From positions 55,784,201 through 55,848,200 of the forward strand of contig NC_085843.1 in NCBI RefSeq assembly GCF_035594765.1: a stretch of 64,000 bases of DNA, given 5' to 3'. Both the position numbers and the translations under genes were made by a program. The notes under the pieces are model-generated. The model was not told the DNA's origin. It ran no database searches and saw only the letters and a list, made by a program, of their open reading frames with translations. Shown in pieces: positions 62,700 to 64,000 of this stretch (position 1 is the stretch's first letter; the number at the start of each line of letters is the position of its first letter). Source of the DNA: Anolis carolinensis. Its lineage: Eukaryota.

Positions 62700-62970
62700 C
62701 TCCGCCAAGAAGCCGGAACAGTCTGGAGGCTTCAACGAGGGAGGGCCTTAAAGGAGCCAACCCGCATGGCTTTCCCTCTTTCCTCTCATTAGGTGAACCT
62801 GGGTACGGCTCAGCCGGGCGCCTTCCCGGGCCTCACAGGGAGGCACAGATGCAGCATGGGAGATGGAGTTTTCCTGACCTCTCGGACATAAGTTTCTCTT
62901 CCACGGGAGGGCGCCGCAGAGACTACAACTCCCAGAAAGCATCGGGGCTCTGAACAGCGTGACGTATGGC
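62700..62970 (-). promoter_or_regulatory. ACP6: ACP6 CpG-island promoter
   Basis: ETS GCCGGAA (about 62711), ZNF143/THAP11-type ACTACAACTCCCAGAAAGC (62922-62940), CRE-like TGACGTA (62960-62966). Confidence 0.65.
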
Positions 62971-63056
62971 GGTGGAGAGGCAAGGCACTGGTTTGAGGTT
63001 TGAAACAGGAACCCCCGAACCTGCCGGCACTCTACAGTCCTATTACACTCTCTTAA

Positions 63057-63566
63057 CACTAGAGTCTCACTCATCCAACGTTCTGGATTATCCAACGCAT
63101 TTTTGTAGTCAATGTTTTCAATGCATTATGATATTTTGGTGTTAAATTCGTAAATACAGTAATTACTAGAATCATAGAATAGTAGAGTTGAAAGAGACCT
63201 CATGGACCATCCAGTCCAACCCCCTGCCAAGAAGCAGGAAATCGCATTCAAAGCACCCTCGACAGATGGCCATCCAGCCTCTGTTTAAAAGCCTCCAAAG
63301 AAGGAGCCTCCACCACAGCCTACATAGCATTAATGTGTAATGAACTACATAGCATTAATGTGTAATGAACTACATAGCATTACTGTGTATTGAACTACTT
63401 TTTCAGTCAAATTTGTTGTATAACATGATGTTTTGGTGCTTAATTTGTAAAATCATAACCTATTGTGATGTTTAATAGGCTTTTTCTTAATCTCTCCTTA
63501 TTATCCAACATATTCACTTATCCAACGTTCTGCCAGCTTGCTTATGTTGGATAAGTGCGACTGCTG
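63057..63566. mobile_element. Tc1/mariner MITE (family of 5652-5971, opposite orientation) interrupted by a CR1 tail
   Basis: Degenerate TIRs; minus-strand CR1 3' end at about 63167-63319; 25-bp unit triplicated at 63320-63394. Confidence 0.85.
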
Positions 63567-63714
63567 TATTTTTGTTCCTGGGTTATAAATGTCATGTCCT
63601 AGTTGGTTCTATCATAAAAAAACATGGGAAAAGTGTAGTAAACAGCAAAACTTTTTACGCATTATTGCAAAATGTGTTATAATACATTTTTTAATAATAA
63701 TAATAATAATGATA

Positions 63715-64000
63715 ATAAACTGGAGTATAGTGTCTAGATCCAGGGAAGTCATGCTACCCCTCTATTCTGCCTTGGTCAGACCACACCTGGAATATTGTGT
63801 CCATTTCTGGACAATTTCTGGGCACCGCAATTGAAGGGAGATGTTGACAAACTGGAAAGTGTCCAGAGGAGGGCGACTAAAATGATCAAGGGTCTGGAGA
63901 ACAAGCCCTATGAGGAATGGCTTAAAGAGCTGGGCATGTTTAGCCTGCAGAAGAGAAGGCTGAGAGGAGACATAGCCATGTATAAACATGTGAGGGGTAG
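63715..64000 (+). mobile_element. CR1 LINE ORF2 fragment (runs off the window)
   Basis: [28 protein letters not shown] motif, preceded by an (AAT)n run. Confidence 0.9.

Noticed and set aside
62667-62735. N-terminal extension of ACP6 from the ORF-track start
   Set aside because: The track start is TTG. The ATG at 62666 has A at -3 and gives an ACP6-like N-terminus.

Overview
This is vertebrate genomic DNA, almost certainly squamate and probably Anolis, inferred from the Sauria-SINE, 5S-derived SINE, Vingi and Penelope repeats. It holds two convergent host genes. BCL9 lies on + with 7 coding exons at 29557-45469 (1420 aa reconstructed, HD1/HD2/HD3 motifs), one probable upstream non-coding exon, and its promoter outside the window. 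ACP6 lies on - with 10 coding exons at 62666-48298 (414 aa, RHGxRxP and HD motifs). The upstream BCL9 introns carry a young full-length Ty3/gypsy LTR retrotransposon (16135-21791, -). It has no tRNA primer site but a perfect 11-nt self-priming duplex, a 6-bp TSD, no chromodomain, and two nonsense codons confined to integrase. They also carry a Helitron with a Penelope-derived minisatellite and, inserted at its terminus, a 1.96-kb hAT element holding a CpG-island/promoter-like cargo. Other points worth checking are a 58-codon basic uORF in the BCL9 leader, below the ORF-track cut-off; a minimal hammerhead ribozyme in a Penelope fragment; a loop-less 132-bp palindrome in ACP6 intron 1; and palindromic MITE cores carrying the same ZNF143/THAP11-type motif as the ACP6 promoter. 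I found no wholly new multi-gene system. The best candidates for undescribed biology are the uORF, the Pack-hAT cargo and the self-priming LTR element. Family names are from recognition, not database searches. Boundaries of old repeats are approximate.
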